64,000 nucleotides of DNA from assembly GCA_963802945.1 (NCBI GenBank), contig CAWDKY010000029.1:96001-160000 (forward strand). The letters run 5' to 3'. Source of the DNA: an uncultured delta proteobacterium. Its GTDB lineage: Bacteria; Desulfobacterota; RBG-13-43-22. A program made the position numbers and the translations under genes. Under the pieces are notes generated by a model that saw nothing but the letters and a program-made list of their open reading frames with translations, was not told the origin of the DNA and searched no databases. Positions 21,990 to 33,009 of the stretch are shown one piece after another (position 1 is the stretch's first letter; the number at the start of each line of letters is the position of its first letter).

Positions 21990-22007
21990 TGATTAAGTTC
22001 TCCTTAA

Positions 22008-22122
22008 GATTCAAGGAATCAAGGGATCGAAGACCCGAGGCACAACATTTAAGGTTCAAGGAAAAACCTTAACCCGTGAACCTAACCTAATAACTTGCTG
22101 GAACCCTTAAATCTTCGAATCA
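22008..22122. repeat. nested octamer/heptamer inverted repeat array
   Basis: gattcaag gaatcaag ggatcgaa... aaggttcaagg / ccttaacccgtgaacct ... ggaaccctt aaatcttc gaatc. Confidence 0.55.
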
Positions 22123-22136
22123 TTGATTTCGTATTA

Positions 22137-22817
22137 TCACATTAAATAGTAATTGATGCCCCCTATTATCTTAAATAAATTAATAAAAAATATCATCGGG
22201 GGTGAAATCAACCAATCCAAAATATGAGTCAATAAAAGCCCGATGAGGATAAAGAAGCCATAAGGCTCAATTTTGCTATAGTTATAAGCAGCCTCTAAAG
22301 GCAGTAAGCCGACCATGACCCTCCCGCCGTCTAAGGGGGGAATGGGAATGAGATTAAATACAGCCAGTGCCACGTTGATTTCTACTCCGAAGATGATCAT
22401 ATTGATCAGAGGCTGAAGCACAAGACTTAAGAAAGGCCATTCCAAGAGGGGTGAGGCGATCAATAACATACGAAGAAGAATTGAAAACCCTAAAGCCAAA
22501 AGCAGATTGGTAGCCGGTCCGGCCAGGGCCACCCAGACCATATCTTTTTTAGGATTTCTAAGATTATTGAAGTTCACCGGGACCGGTTTGGCATAACCGA
22601 AAAGAAAAGGGGCATGGGATAAAATAAGAATGCCGGGGATCAGGATAGATCCGAAGGGATCGATATGGGCTATGGGGTTGAGTGTCAAACGACCGGATAA
22701 ACGGGCCGTGGGGTCTCCAAACTTGCCGGCCACCCAGCCGTGAGCCACCTCATGTAAAATTACCCCCAAAAGGAGAGGGATGACCACGATACTGATTTGT
22801 TGAATAAAGGAACTCAT
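22137..22817 (-). CDS. site-2 protease (peptidase M50)
   Basis: HEVAH (HExxH), GDPTA, ALAGP, FNLIPIPPLDG. Confidence 0.93.
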   Translation of the reverse strand: MSSFIQQISIVVIPLLLGVILHEVAHGWVAGKFGDPTARLSGRLTLNPIAHIDPFGSILIPGILILSHAPFLFGYAKPVPVNFNNLRNPKKDMVWVALAGPATNLLLALGFSILLRMLLIASPLLEWPFLSLVLQPLINMIIFGVEINVALAVFNLIPIPPLDGGRVMVGLLPLEAAYNYSKIEPYGFFILIGLLLTHILDWLISPPMIFFINLFKIIGGINYYLM

Positions 22818-22896
22818 GATTTACTTTTTTTCCACAGCTGAGTTTGTAAATTTATCTCTAACATTCTTCCCAATTGAGCTTTTGATAACAAGGGTT

Positions 22897-22986
22897 AGAA
22901 CCCAGAAGTCAGAATACAGAATAAAAACCTCATTTCTGTTTTAAGATTCATCCCCCTTCTGAATTCTTTCTCCTGAATTCCAGAAT
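22897..22986. repeat. degenerate heptamer (CAGAAT/ATTCTG) array
   Basis: agaacccagaagtcagaatacagaat ... ttctgaattct...ctcctgaattc. Confidence 0.45.
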
Positions 22987-25684
22987 TTAACTATTTTTAG
23001 TTTGACTTTTCTCCTGAGGCACAAAGTGTTTTTTAACATAGGCTATTTCATCCTCACGGGTCAATACTTTTCCATTAATTCGAGCTTCCAAAAGGTCCCC
23101 CAGGATTATTTTATAAATAGGACCTGGTACCAGTCCAAGGGTTTTTAGGTCTTCCCCCCCGATCGCTATCCGTATGGATTTCAATTGGGTAAAATAAAGT
23201 GAAATGGTCTTCCGACCCGTTTCCTGACCGGCCTTTGGCCATCAAGAAAAGCAGGACCTCATTGGGAAAGGACGACAATACCTTATAAATTTCATTTCGG
23301 GAAATTTCCGGATTTTTCTGAAGGGTCATCAAGACCTTTTCACCCTCATTCCGGCTTAAGGTCATGATTTCAAAAACCCTTTTAGGCAGTCCCAGACGCA
23401 GGCGCAATTCACTGAACCGGGAAACGGGCTGTGTCAAGGCCAGGAAATAGATCAGCCATTTTTCATAGGGCTCATTGAGATAGAGGAGATCAAACCAGGC
23501 TAGGACGGTTCTTATTTCACCAAAAAGAAGCGACTCTTTGGGAGTCAAGTTCCATTCCGGAAGAATGGCCTGGAGCAATTTTAAATCGATCAGCCTCTTG
23601 ATAACCGGTAAGGGATTTTCTTCGCTCAGGATCAACTGGAGTTCGGTAAAAATTCTTTTTGGGGCTAGTTTTTCTATGCCCCCGATGCGAATGGTGTTTT
23701 CGATCAGATTGGAGGTCAATTTCCCTATCTTGAACCCGAATCGTTGTTCAAATCGAACGGCTCGAAAGGCCCGGGTAGGATCCTCAACAAGGCTTAGATT
23801 GTGAAGGACCCGTATCGACCGTTCTTTCAGATCTTTTTGAGCCCCGAAAAAGTCGATCAGGATGCCGAAATGACCAGGATTCAGTTTAACGGCTAGGGTA
23901 TTGATGGTAAAGTCACGCCGGTAGAGGTCCATTTTAATCGAACTTCGCTCCACCACCGGGAGGGCGCCTGGAGATTCATAATACTCCGATCGGGCCGTAG
24001 CGACATCTACTTTAAAGCCTTCCGGGAAGATAAGGACCGCGGTTTTAAATTTGACATGATAGCGAATATGAGCCGGAAACCTCATGGCATACTCCTGAGC
24101 GAATTTAATCCCGTCCCCTTCGATGACCACATCGATATCCAAATTGTCAAATTTCAGAAATAGGTCTCGTATAAATCCCCCGACGGCATAGGCGTTGTAT
24201 CCGAGGCTGTCGGCCACCTCGCCCAGGGATTTAAGCATTTCGATAATCCGCTTGGGCAGCTTTTCTTCCATCAAATAGCCGACATTTTTTTTGCGGACCA
24301 ATTGGGGCGCCTTACGGGAATCATAAAGATACTCGGTCATGGAAGGGCCGCTGATCAGGATATTGAGCAGATCCGTACGGGTGATGACCCCCAAAAGCTT
24401 CCCTTGTTTGACCACCGGTAAAACCCTTTGTTTGTTCTCAATGATGAATTCCTGGATTTGAAACAAGGAGGCCTCGGGGTCGATGGTCGCAAATTCGGTG
24501 GTCATATATTCCCGGACCGGTAGATCCTTAAGACCGTGGAAAATGGCTTTTTCGATCACCTGCCTGGTGATCAGGCCCAACAGCTTTTCTCCTTCCATCA
24601 CCAAAAGGACATTGATGTTATAACGAGTCAGCAGTTCGTTGGCATGTTCGAGGGTCTCCTGGGGCTGAATCGATTTTATCGGAAAGGACATCATGTCCCT
24701 GGCCTTACGCTGGGGATTGATCCGGCTCTTAAGCTGCGAGAGCAAGGTTTCTTCTACCTGGACCAGGGTTTTGTCCTTGACCGTGGCTGAGGCCGCAGAT
24801 GGGTGTCCCCCTCCGCCAAAGGCCAAAAGGATTTCTCCGACATTGATTTCCCGCGTACGGCTCCGGGCGACTATATAGACTCGGTCTTCCATCCGGGCCA
24901 GGGCGAAAAGACAAAGGAGATTTTCCATGTCCATCATTTTATGGGCCAGGACGGCGAAGTCTCCCACATAGGTATCTATGGAGGCCTTGGTCACTACGAT
25001 CTCCAGGTTATTGATCCGATGCCGGGTAGCCGATTCCAACAACTGATTCAATAAGGAGATCTGTTCGGCGGTCAACTCCCGGGTCATCATATCAGCAATC
25101 AGGTTCAAATTGGCCCCTTGCTCCAGAAGATAGGCGGCAGCTTGATAATCCTCGGGGGTCGTTGAACCAAAGGAAAAAGACCCGGTATCTTCGTAAATCC
25201 CCAAGGCCATCAGGGTCGCTTCGTCCGGAGTCAAAGCAATATTTTTTTCCTTCAATAACCGGGTCATCAAGGTCATAGTGGCGCCAACCGGTTGAATGAT
25301 TTCCAGGCTCCCCCTTACATCGTTTTCGGCTGAAGGATGATGGTCATAAATATGAATCTCCAATCCAGGACGATTCAATATTTCTGCAAATCGGCCGATG
25401 CGATCCGCCTGACGGGTATCCACTAAGATAAGGCGATAGATCTGTTCCAAGGGCACCTGTTTTATTTTGGTAAAATTATACAGATAGACCGTGGATTGCA
25501 GAAAAAAGTTGCGCAGGTTCTGCTCTTGAGACCCGGGAAAGACCAGCCAGGCTTCCGGATAGAGCTTCTTGGCGGCCATCATGGAGGCCAGACCATCAAA
25601 ATCGGTATTGAGGTGAGTGGTGATGACCTCAATCCCTGCCGTTTTCTGAGCATCGGAATGGGTGACTGCCGGGATGGATTCCAT
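22987..25684 (-). CDS. DHH-CBS-nucleotidyltransferase (CCA-adding/A-adding tRNA enzyme); +1 frameshift near 23235
   Basis: THLNTDFDG, YDHH, GGGGH (DHH/DHHA1), two CBS domains, VGGFIRD..DID, DLYRRDFTIN, EDPTR; C-terminus continues in ORF 22987..23184. Confidence 0.88.
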
Positions 25685-25690
25685 TAAAAA

Positions 25691-26581
25691 TCAGGCTCGT
25701 GGATGATATCTCCGGTAGGCTTCTCGGAGGTGTTCATGGGTGACCAGGGTGTAGATCTGGGTTGTGGAAATATCCGCATGGCCCAGCATGGTTTGAATGG
25801 AACGAAGATCCGCCCCCCCTTCCAGCAGATGAGTGGCAAAGGTATGCCTCAGGGTATGGGGAGAAATTTTTTTCAAAATGCCTGCCTGTCGGCCATATTG
25901 TCCCAGTATCTTCCAAAATCCCTGACGGGACAGCCGGCCTCCTCGATTGTTGAGAAAGACGTAAGGGGCCATGGGGTATTTAAGCAGGGGAGGGCGTCCT
26001 TTATCAAGATATTCCGTTAGACACCGGGTAGCCGCTTTTCCGATAGGGACTAGTCGTTCTTTAGAACCCTTACCTATGGTGCGAATAAGATGGGCCTCCA
26101 ATTCCAATTGATCCAGGGTTAGAGAGATCAATTCGGAGACCCGCAGACCAGTAGCATAGAGGACTTCCAGCATGGCGGCATCCCTTAAACCCCGTGGTGA
26201 TTCGGTTTTAGGCTGATGGATCAGGGTTTCCACTTCCAGTTCCGAGAGGGTATGGGGCAAGGTCCGTCTGGGCTTAGGGCCTTGCAAGGGGAGGGTCGGG
26301 TTGTCTTTCCGTAGGGATTCTTCCTGAAGGAATCGGTAAAAGGACCTTAAGGCGGACAGTATTCTGGCCTGAGTACGGCCGGAGAGTTTTCGGGTCCGTA
26401 AGGTTCCCAGATATTCATAAAGAGTATCGGCTTGAGTTTGCAAAAGATTGGTAATGCCCTGTTTATCTAAAAATCGAAAGTATTGGATCAAATCACGGCT
26501 GTAAGCCTCCAAAGTATTTTGAGAAAGGCCTTTTTCGACCAACAAAAAATGCAGGAACCGATCAAGAGAGATATCCAACAT
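25691..26581 (-). CDS. xerD: tyrosine recombinase XerD
   Basis: EKGLSQNTLEAY.RDL, LYATGLRVSEL, GKGSKER, SRQGFWK, HTLRHTFATHLL, LGHADISTTQIYT, HPRA. Confidence 0.93.
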   Translation of the reverse strand: MLDISLDRFLHFLLVEKGLSQNTLEAYSRDLIQYFRFLDKQGITNLLQTQADTLYEYLGTLRTRKLSGRTQARILSALRSFYRFLQEESLRKDNPTLPLQGPKPRRTLPHTLSELEVETLIHQPKTESPRGLRDAAMLEVLYATGLRVSELISLTLDQLELEAHLIRTIGKGSKERLVPIGKAATRCLTEYLDKGRPPLLKYPMAPYVFLNNRGGRLSRQGFWKILGQYGRQAGILKKISPHTLRHTFATHLLEGGADLRSIQTMLGHADISTTQIYTLVTHEHLREAYRRYHPRA

Positions 26582-26587
26582 AATTAA

Positions 26588-26786
26588 AACATAACAGACA
26601 TTGACGGGTATGTCAAGAACAGTCGAAAATTCTATTGGTTAGAATGGGTTTATTGATAATAGGGCTTTAAATCCGGGCTGATTTTCCAGATTCCGGGTAT
26701 TGAGGATCTTTCTTCTTGGGGATGTTCAAAGGGCAAATTCCCACTTAGCTATAACTATTGACAATTTCTATCTATTGTTGTAATTT
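26588..26786. promoter_or_regulatory. divergent sigma70 promoters for xerD (-) and fabG (+)
   Basis: Minus TTGACA-N17-TATGTT (26616-26588), 6 nt before the xerD ATG; plus TTGACA-N17-TAATTT (26758-26786), 8 nt before the fabG ATG. Confidence 0.55.
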
Positions 26787-26794
26787 AAGGCCCT

Positions 26795-27523
26795 ATGGCT
26801 AAAGATAAAATCGCACTGATCACCGGCGGCAGCAAAGGAATCGGAGCGGCAATCGCCCTGACCCTGGCTGAAGATGGTTTTGATATCTGGCTTAACTACC
26901 GAAGCGATCATGAGGCGGCGTCCAAAGTTTGCACTGCGATTGAAAAGACAGGGAGAAAGTGTCTCTTGCTCCCTTTTGACGTTTCCAACCCGGAAGAGGT
27001 CCAGAACCATTTACAGCCCTTGCTGGAAAACGAAACCCCTTATGCTTTGATTAATAATGCCGGGTTTACCCGGGATGTGATCATGGCCTGGATGACCCAG
27101 GCGGAATGGGAGGATGTCCTCTCGGTCAGTCTGGATGGGTTTTTCTTGGTCACAAAACCGGTACTCAACAACATGTTGAGAAAAAAGGAAGGCCGTATCA
27201 TCAATATTGCTTCCACGTCGGGACAGAGCGGAATGGCCGGCCAGACCAATTACTCGGCTGCCAAGGCCGGCCTGATCGGGGCCACCAAGGCCTTAGCGGC
27301 GGAGGTGGCCAAAAGGAATATACTCGTCAACGCCGTTGCGCCCGGTTTTATAGAAACCGAAATGGTCAAGGATCTTTCAATGGATAAAATCCTGCCTATG
27401 ATCCCCTTGGGTCGTTTCGGAACACCCTTAGAAGTGGCGGGCGTTGTCGGCTTCCTCTGCTCGGACAAGGCATCGTACATTACCGGTCAGGTGATTTCCG
27501 TCAATGGAGGCACCTTTCGGTGA
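26795..27523 (+). CDS. fabG: 3-oxoacyl-ACP reductase
   Basis: TGGSKGIG, NNAG, YSAAK, VAPGFIET. Confidence 0.92.
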   Translation: MAKDKIALITGGSKGIGAAIALTLAEDGFDIWLNYRSDHEAASKVCTAIEKTGRKCLLLPFDVSNPEEVQNHLQPLLENETPYALINNAGFTRDVIMAWMTQAEWEDVLSVSLDGFFLVTKPVLNNMLRKKEGRIINIASTSGQSGMAGQTNYSAAKAGLIGATKALAAEVAKRNILVNAVAPGFIETEMVKDLSMDKILPMIPLGRFGTPLEVAGVVGFLCSDKASYITGQVISVNGGTFR

Positions 27524-27589
27524 AATGAATCCTGCCAGGCTGTTGGGTATTTTAGGTTACCAGGTCTAACGCTGCCGCAGCCATGAATC

Positions 27590-28477
27590 ATGACTTCACC
27601 CGTTACCAACTCAATGGAAAACCATAATCCCGAAATGATAAACGCTTTATGTTTTGATGTTGATGACTTGGCCTACGGGCTTAACATCGTTAAGGGGACC
27701 CGCCTGCCCAACCAATATCTTGTGGAGCAGGAAACTTACGCTTTGCTGGAATCATTGGAAGGGCTTGACCTACAAGCGACCATGTTCATTCCAGGATATG
27801 TGGCCCAGCGTTTTCCTGACCTGGTAAGGAAGATCGCTCGGGCCGGGCATGAGATCGGCTCTCATGGTTTCAAACATATCGTTACCCAACGGCTAAAGAG
27901 AAACGACTTTCATGAAGATGTTTCAGCCAGTAAAAAGATTTTGGAGGATCTCCTTTCCCGGGAAGTGTGCCTTTATAAAGCCCCTGACTGGAGCATCTCT
28001 CCCGACACCCTTTGGGCTTATGATGAATTGATCAGTCTGGGATTTCGGGTGGATAATTCAGCGCAGCCCTCATTATTGAAGTCCCTTGGTCGGCCTTCGG
28101 GAGAGATGATCCCCTTTGTTTATAAAGGGACCTTAACCATTATCCCCGTGACTTCTTATCGTTTATTGGGAAAGGCTATCCCTTTTAACGGGGGGATGTT
28201 TTGTAGCTATGTGCCGATTGCTATCCAGATCGGCCATTATAGACGGTTAAACCTGAAAGGGATCCCTTTTAACTACTATTGTCATCCCTATGAATTTGAT
28301 CCTCAGGGGACCAACCGACAGACCTGGAAATATCGTTCAGTCCGGGCGGCGCTCTATGGACTTCACTTTGGAAAATACAAGGATTACATTACCCGGCTGG
28401 CCGGGAATTTCCAGCTTTCGACGCTTACGGCCGCTTATCGCCGTTATCTTAACTGTCATGATATGGCACCTAGGTAA
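27590..28477 (+). CDS. polysaccharide deacetylase family protein
   Basis: FDVDD, ATMFIPG, GHEIGSHG..H, YKAP, YCHPYE. Confidence 0.8.
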   Translation: MTSPVTNSMENHNPEMINALCFDVDDLAYGLNIVKGTRLPNQYLVEQETYALLESLEGLDLQATMFIPGYVAQRFPDLVRKIARAGHEIGSHGFKHIVTQRLKRNDFHEDVSASKKILEDLLSREVCLYKAPDWSISPDTLWAYDELISLGFRVDNSAQPSLLKSLGRPSGEMIPFVYKGTLTIIPVTSYRLLGKAIPFNGGMFCSYVPIAIQIGHYRRLNLKGIPFNYYCHPYEFDPQGTNRQTWKYRSVRAALYGLHFGKYKDYITRLAGNFQLSTLTAAYRRYLNCHDMAPR

Positions 28478-28664
28478 ACTTATAAGACACTAAAATTGCA
28501 AAGGTCATCAAAGCTTGTACTATTTAAATATTTTTGTTATGTTAAAAACTTTAAAAAGAGGCGCCATAAGCTGAGACAAGAAACCTGGAAAAAGGATCAG
28601 AGGGAGATCATAGGTATGGGGTGGAACCCGTTATGACTGAAAAGATATTAGACAGGAGGGAGGA

Positions 28665-29102
28665 ATGAGGCCATCTTTTGCCTTTCCCATACCGGCGGAG
28701 CAACTCATTCCTCATCGGCCGCCCATACGCATTATTGACCGGCTGTTATCATACGACGGCCTCCAGGGGGTGGTGGAGTCTGTCATAATGCCCGATAGTA
28801 TTTGCATTGCGGATAATGGGGTCATTGAGCAGGCGGCCATGATAGAATTGATCGCTCAATCTTTTGCGGCAGTCAAAGGATACGCCGACTTCCTGGAGGA
28901 AAAACCGGTCCACAAGGGTTTTCTGGTGGGGGTCAAACATTTCGTTTTTCATAAAACAGCCAATGGTGGGGAACGGTTGTTGGTTTTCATTTCACCCGTT
29001 GGGGAAACGGACGAATTCGCCCTGGCCGAGGGCCGGGTAACGCGCGGGGAAGAGGTGCTGGCCACCGGAAACGTCATGGTTTGGATTCCCAGGGAGAGTT
29101 GA
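28665..29102 (+). CDS. hotdog-fold 3-hydroxyacyl-ACP dehydratase-like protein (ApeP-like)
   Basis: LIPHRPP..IIDRL, IELIAQ, GFLVGVK. Confidence 0.8.
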   Translation: MRPSFAFPIPAEQLIPHRPPIRIIDRLLSYDGLQGVVESVIMPDSICIADNGVIEQAAMIELIAQSFAAVKGYADFLEEKPVHKGFLVGVKHFVFHKTANGGERLLVFISPVGETDEFALAEGRVTRGEEVLATGNVMVWIPRES

Positions 29103-29104
29103 GG

Positions 29105-29764
29105 TTGTCCAAAAAATATTTCTATCTAATCGTCATTACTATTTCCTCTCTCTTATATGCACCCCAGGGATCGGCAGGAGAGATGAAACCCGAACAGGGA
29201 GCAAGGGAAACCCAATCTCAAACTTTTTCTCTTATTGCAGCCGAGGCGTCAAGGCTACAGACCCTCTCAAGCGACTTTTCTCAAGAGAGACACCTTTCCA
29301 TGCTGAAAGAGCCCTTGATCTCCAGCGGAAAGTTTGCTTATGAAAAACCGGACCGTATTTACTGGGAAATCGTTAAGCCTTCTCCGGCGGGATTTATTGT
29401 CCAAGGAGATAAGTTGAAACGGTGGAGCGGCGACCCACAGGACACCGAAACCTTGGAGGTTGCTCAGGTGCCGATAGCCAAGGCCATTGTCGATCAGGTA
29501 TTTGCCTGGACCAGGGCTGATTTTTCCTGGTTGGAAAAAAGGTACCGGATCACCGTGACTGAAGAGACTCCTTCCAAACTGAAGCTTATTCCCCTTTATG
29601 CTCAGGAAAAGAAGTTCCTCACCCATATCACCATCGCCTTTTCCGAAGACTGGACCCATATTCGTTCAGTGGAGCTACACGAAAAAGGCGGAGATTTTAC
29701 ACGAATTCGGTTTCTTAATACCCTTATAAATCCATCCTTACCGAAAGATCTTTTTGGGAAATAA
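29105..29764 (+). CDS. LolA-like outer-membrane lipoprotein carrier
   Basis: Signal peptide; DFSQERHLSML.EP.ISSG.F..EKP..IYWE..KP; LKLIP; EKGGDFTRI.F. Start codon approximate. Confidence 0.8.
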   Translation: MSKKYFYLIVITISSLLYAPQGSAGEMKPEQGARETQSQTFSLIAAEASRLQTLSSDFSQERHLSMLKEPLISSGKFAYEKPDRIYWEIVKPSPAGFIVQGDKLKRWSGDPQDTETLEVAQVPIAKAIVDQVFAWTRADFSWLEKRYRITVTEETPSKLKLIPLYAQEKKFLTHITIAFSEDWTHIRSVELHEKGGDFTRIRFLNTLINPSLPKDLFGK

Positions 29765-32158
29765 TGGCTTCTTCATTTGCATGGTTTTCAAGAAGTTTCC
29801 ACTTTTTTTCGCAACACAAAATGGTTCTATACGCCGCCATCCTGATTGTTGTCGTGTTGAGTGGTATCACCTTGTCCAAAATTAAGCTCAGTGAAGATCT
29901 CCAACCCATGCTTCCGGCCGGACAATCCGATGCCGCCCGAGATATTGCTTTACTGCAACAGGCACCCTTTATGCAGAAGGTTGTAATCAACCTCAAGGCC
30001 GAACCGAACATCGACCAGAAGGCCCTTATAGAAGCAGCGGACAAGCTGGCCGGGGCCTTGAAAAGACCCTATTACAGCCGGGTAGTTGCCGGACCTCAGA
30101 TGCCGTCGCCTGAACGGTTCTTTCCCTGGCTTCTTGAGGCCACCCCAGCGCTTTTGAACGAGATGGATCTGCAAGAAATCAAGACAGGTCTTTATTCGCA
30201 AAGCATTCATTCCAAACTTCAACACATCCGGGAGAGGCTGAATTCGCCGGAAGGATGGGTCATGAAAAGCCTTTTACAGGAAGACCCTCTGGAGCTTCAC
30301 CGGATCGTCCTGGAAAAATTTCGCTTTCTGAATATGTTTAAGGGGATGGTCCTTAAGGACCAGCATTTTCTCAGTGCCGACGGCCGAAATGCCCTGCTAG
30401 TGGCCGATACTTCCGTGAAGATTACGGATTCCCAAGGGACAAAAGACCTGGTTCTATACACTCAGGGAATCATCGACCGTCAAACCCAGCCGGGCATCAA
30501 GGTTTCTTTTCTGAGCGGCCACGCTTATACCTATGCCAATGCGGAGACGGTTAAATCCGACCTCTATGTCATATTCTCTTGTACCTCCCTGACGATCCTG
30601 GTACTCCTTTTTTTGTTTATGCAGAATTGGAGGGCCGTCTTTATCTTCCTGGTACCCGCTTCCGTAGTCTTAATTGCCACGGCCGGGGTGTTGGCCGTTT
30701 ATCAGACCATCTCGGCCATCACCATCGCCTTCGGCTCCGTGCTAATGGGCATCGCCGATGACTACCCGATATTCACCTATTTCTCTCTGAGGAATCGGGG
30801 GTGCTTATCCCGGGGAAGTGGTGGCTGAAATTGCGCCTCCGGTGCTCTTTAGCGGGTTGGCCACCATGGTCACCTTCAGCGCCCTTTTTTTTTCCGATCT
30901 TCCCGGTCAGCGTCAAATCGCCTTTTTTTCCATTGTGGGCATCATCGCCTCCTTGGCCTTTTCCCTCGTGGTTTTGCCTCACTTCATTCGGGGTCTGCCG
31001 CCGGCCAGGTACTCCATAATTCACAGGATGCCGGCCAAGCGCAAGCCTTATCGGGTTCTTATCATCGGAGGCTGGCTGCTCCTCCTGGCCGTCAGTTTAT
31101 GGCAAGGAAGCCGGGTGGTTTTTAACGGGGATATGCGGTCCATTAATATGGTTCCAAAGGCATTAATGGAAACAGAAAAGACCTTCAAGCGAACCTGGGG
31201 GGATTTCCGGGAAACAGCCCTGGTCTTCACCGAGGGGAGAGACCTTCAGGCGGCCTTAGTCAATAATGATCGCTTATTTGCCTATCTCAAAGGGAAAATC
31301 CCCGATGAACAGATCGTAAGCCTCGCCTCCCTTTTCCCTTCGACGGCAACCCAGGAGGAAAATATCCGGCGGTGGGAGACCCTGTGGGACAAAGAGACGC
31401 AAAACAGGGTCCGGACCCTCTTTATCAGGGAAGGAGACAAGGCCGGTTTTCAGCCCCAGGCCTTTGTCCCTTTTTTTACAAGGTTGGCGATCAAGCCTAC
31501 CCTCGTTACCTTGGAAGGGCTGAAAAAAGCGGGGCTTGGAGACTTAATAAACTCCCTGATCGTAAGGGAAGGAGATAAAACACGCCTGCTCACCCTGGTT
31601 CCGGACACCCCTCAGATGGCGGCGCTTTTCAGTAAAAATGCCGATCTTCCTTTTGCCGCCCGTTTTGTATCTCAAGGCGGTTTCAACCAAACTATCAGCC
31701 GGGCCATGATCAGAAATTTTATTCAATATATCATCACGGCCTTCCTGGTGATCCTGGTGTTTCTGGCGCTGCTTTTCCGCAAGGTCGGAAAGGTGTTCTG
31801 GGCCATGATTCCTGGGATTACCGGCCTTATGGTTATGTTCGGCGTTATGGGATGGCGGGGGATTGAATTTAATCTGTTCAATATCATAGCTACTATCCTG
31901 GTCATCGGTTTGAGTGTCGATCTCGGCATCTTCATGGTCAGTCGGATTTCCGGAGGCGATGAGGCCAACACCGGTCTGGGTGTTCTTCTCGGGGGCCTGA
32001 CCAGTCTGGTCGGAATGGGGGCTCTGACCCTGGCCCGCCATCCGGCCCTTTATTCCATCGGCATCACCGTGCTTCTGGGTATGTGTGGGGCCATTCCCTC
32101 GGCCCTTCTGGTTATCCCAGCCTTTTATCAAAATAATAAAGACGTGAACAATGGATAA
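29764..32158 (+). CDS. MMPL/RND-family lipid exporter; +1 frameshift at ~30800
   Basis: Two TM bundles; AFGSVLMGIADDY, PGQRQIAFF, NLFNI, IGLSVDLGIF, HPALYSIG. Confidence 0.85.
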
Positions 32159-32540
32159 CCTAAGATTCGCCATCCGATCATCGGCCTTGGGGTCCGTCAG
32201 GGAAACGGAGCTAGGCCATTTTATCCAGTCCTATTGTTTTGCACCGGATTTTATCGGATTTTCCGGCCATTTTCCCGGATACCCCATTCTTCCCGCTTTT
32301 ATTCAGGTGCTTATGGTTATGAATATGGCTGAAGAATTGAAAGGACGCAATCTAAGATTCTCCTCTCTGGAAAAGGCTAAATTTCAGAATAAAATATTTC
32401 CTGGCCAAGAAATCGAAGTTCGCTTCAGGGAAAGGCTCATTAAAGGAAAGAAGGCTCTTGAGGCAACACTTGCGGTTGTTGATGGTCAAGCGGCTTCTTT
32501 CCAGCTCACTATTGACGACAGGGCGGTAGGAAAGGAATGA
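32151..32540 (+). CDS. FabZ/ApeI-like dehydratase
   Basis: FSGHFPGYPILP, AKFQNKIFPG. Confidence 0.82.
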   Translation: MDNLRFAIRSSALGSVRETELGHFIQSYCFAPDFIGFSGHFPGYPILPAFIQVLMVMNMAEELKGRNLRFSSLEKAKFQNKIFPGQEIEVRFRERLIKGKKALEATLAVVDGQAASFQLTIDDRAVGKE

Positions 32541-32547
32541 TATAGAG

Positions 32548-33009
32548 ATGCGCAAACCCTATTTCCCTTCCGTTAAAGGTAATCCTCCACCCCTTAGAAT
32601 TCGGGTGGAGAGAAAGGTGAGATTTGAGGAGGTGGACCAACTGGGCATTGTCTGGCATGGACGTTATGCCAGTTTTTTCGAAGATGCGCGTAGCGCTGCA
32701 GGAGAGAAGTACGGCTTCGGTTATCCAGACTTTAAAAGGAATAGAGTCAGCGCACCCATACGGATACTGCATACGGAATTCCTTATTCCTTTAAAATTTG
32801 ACGAAACCTTTGTTGTCGAAGGCCTTCTTCATTGGACCGAGGCGGCCCGGATCAATATTGAGTACCTGATATGGAATTCTGATGGCCGCCTATCGACCAC
32901 CGGATACACTGTGCAGGTGCTGCTGGACAAGGATGAACAACTTCTCCTGATTTCTCCTCCCTTTTACCAGGAATTCCGTGAAAAGTGGCGGGCAGGTGAA
33001 TTCCAATGA
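32548..33009 (+). CDS. acyl-CoA/ACP thioesterase (4HBT/YbgC hotdog)
   Basis: VRFEEVDQLGIVWHGRY..FFEDAR. Confidence 0.88.
   Translation: MRKPYFPSVKGNPPPLRIRVERKVRFEEVDQLGIVWHGRYASFFEDARSAAGEKYGFGYPDFKRNRVSAPIRILHTEFLIPLKFDETFVVEGLLHWTEAARINIEYLIWNSDGRLSTTGYTVQVLLDKDEQLLLISPPFYQEFREKWRAGEFQ

Noticed and set aside
25691-26581. Tyrosine recombinase as the integrase of a lipid-cluster island
   Set aside because: It has XerD signatures and sits at the head of the housekeeping xerD-cca-trpS-scpAB-rluB run.
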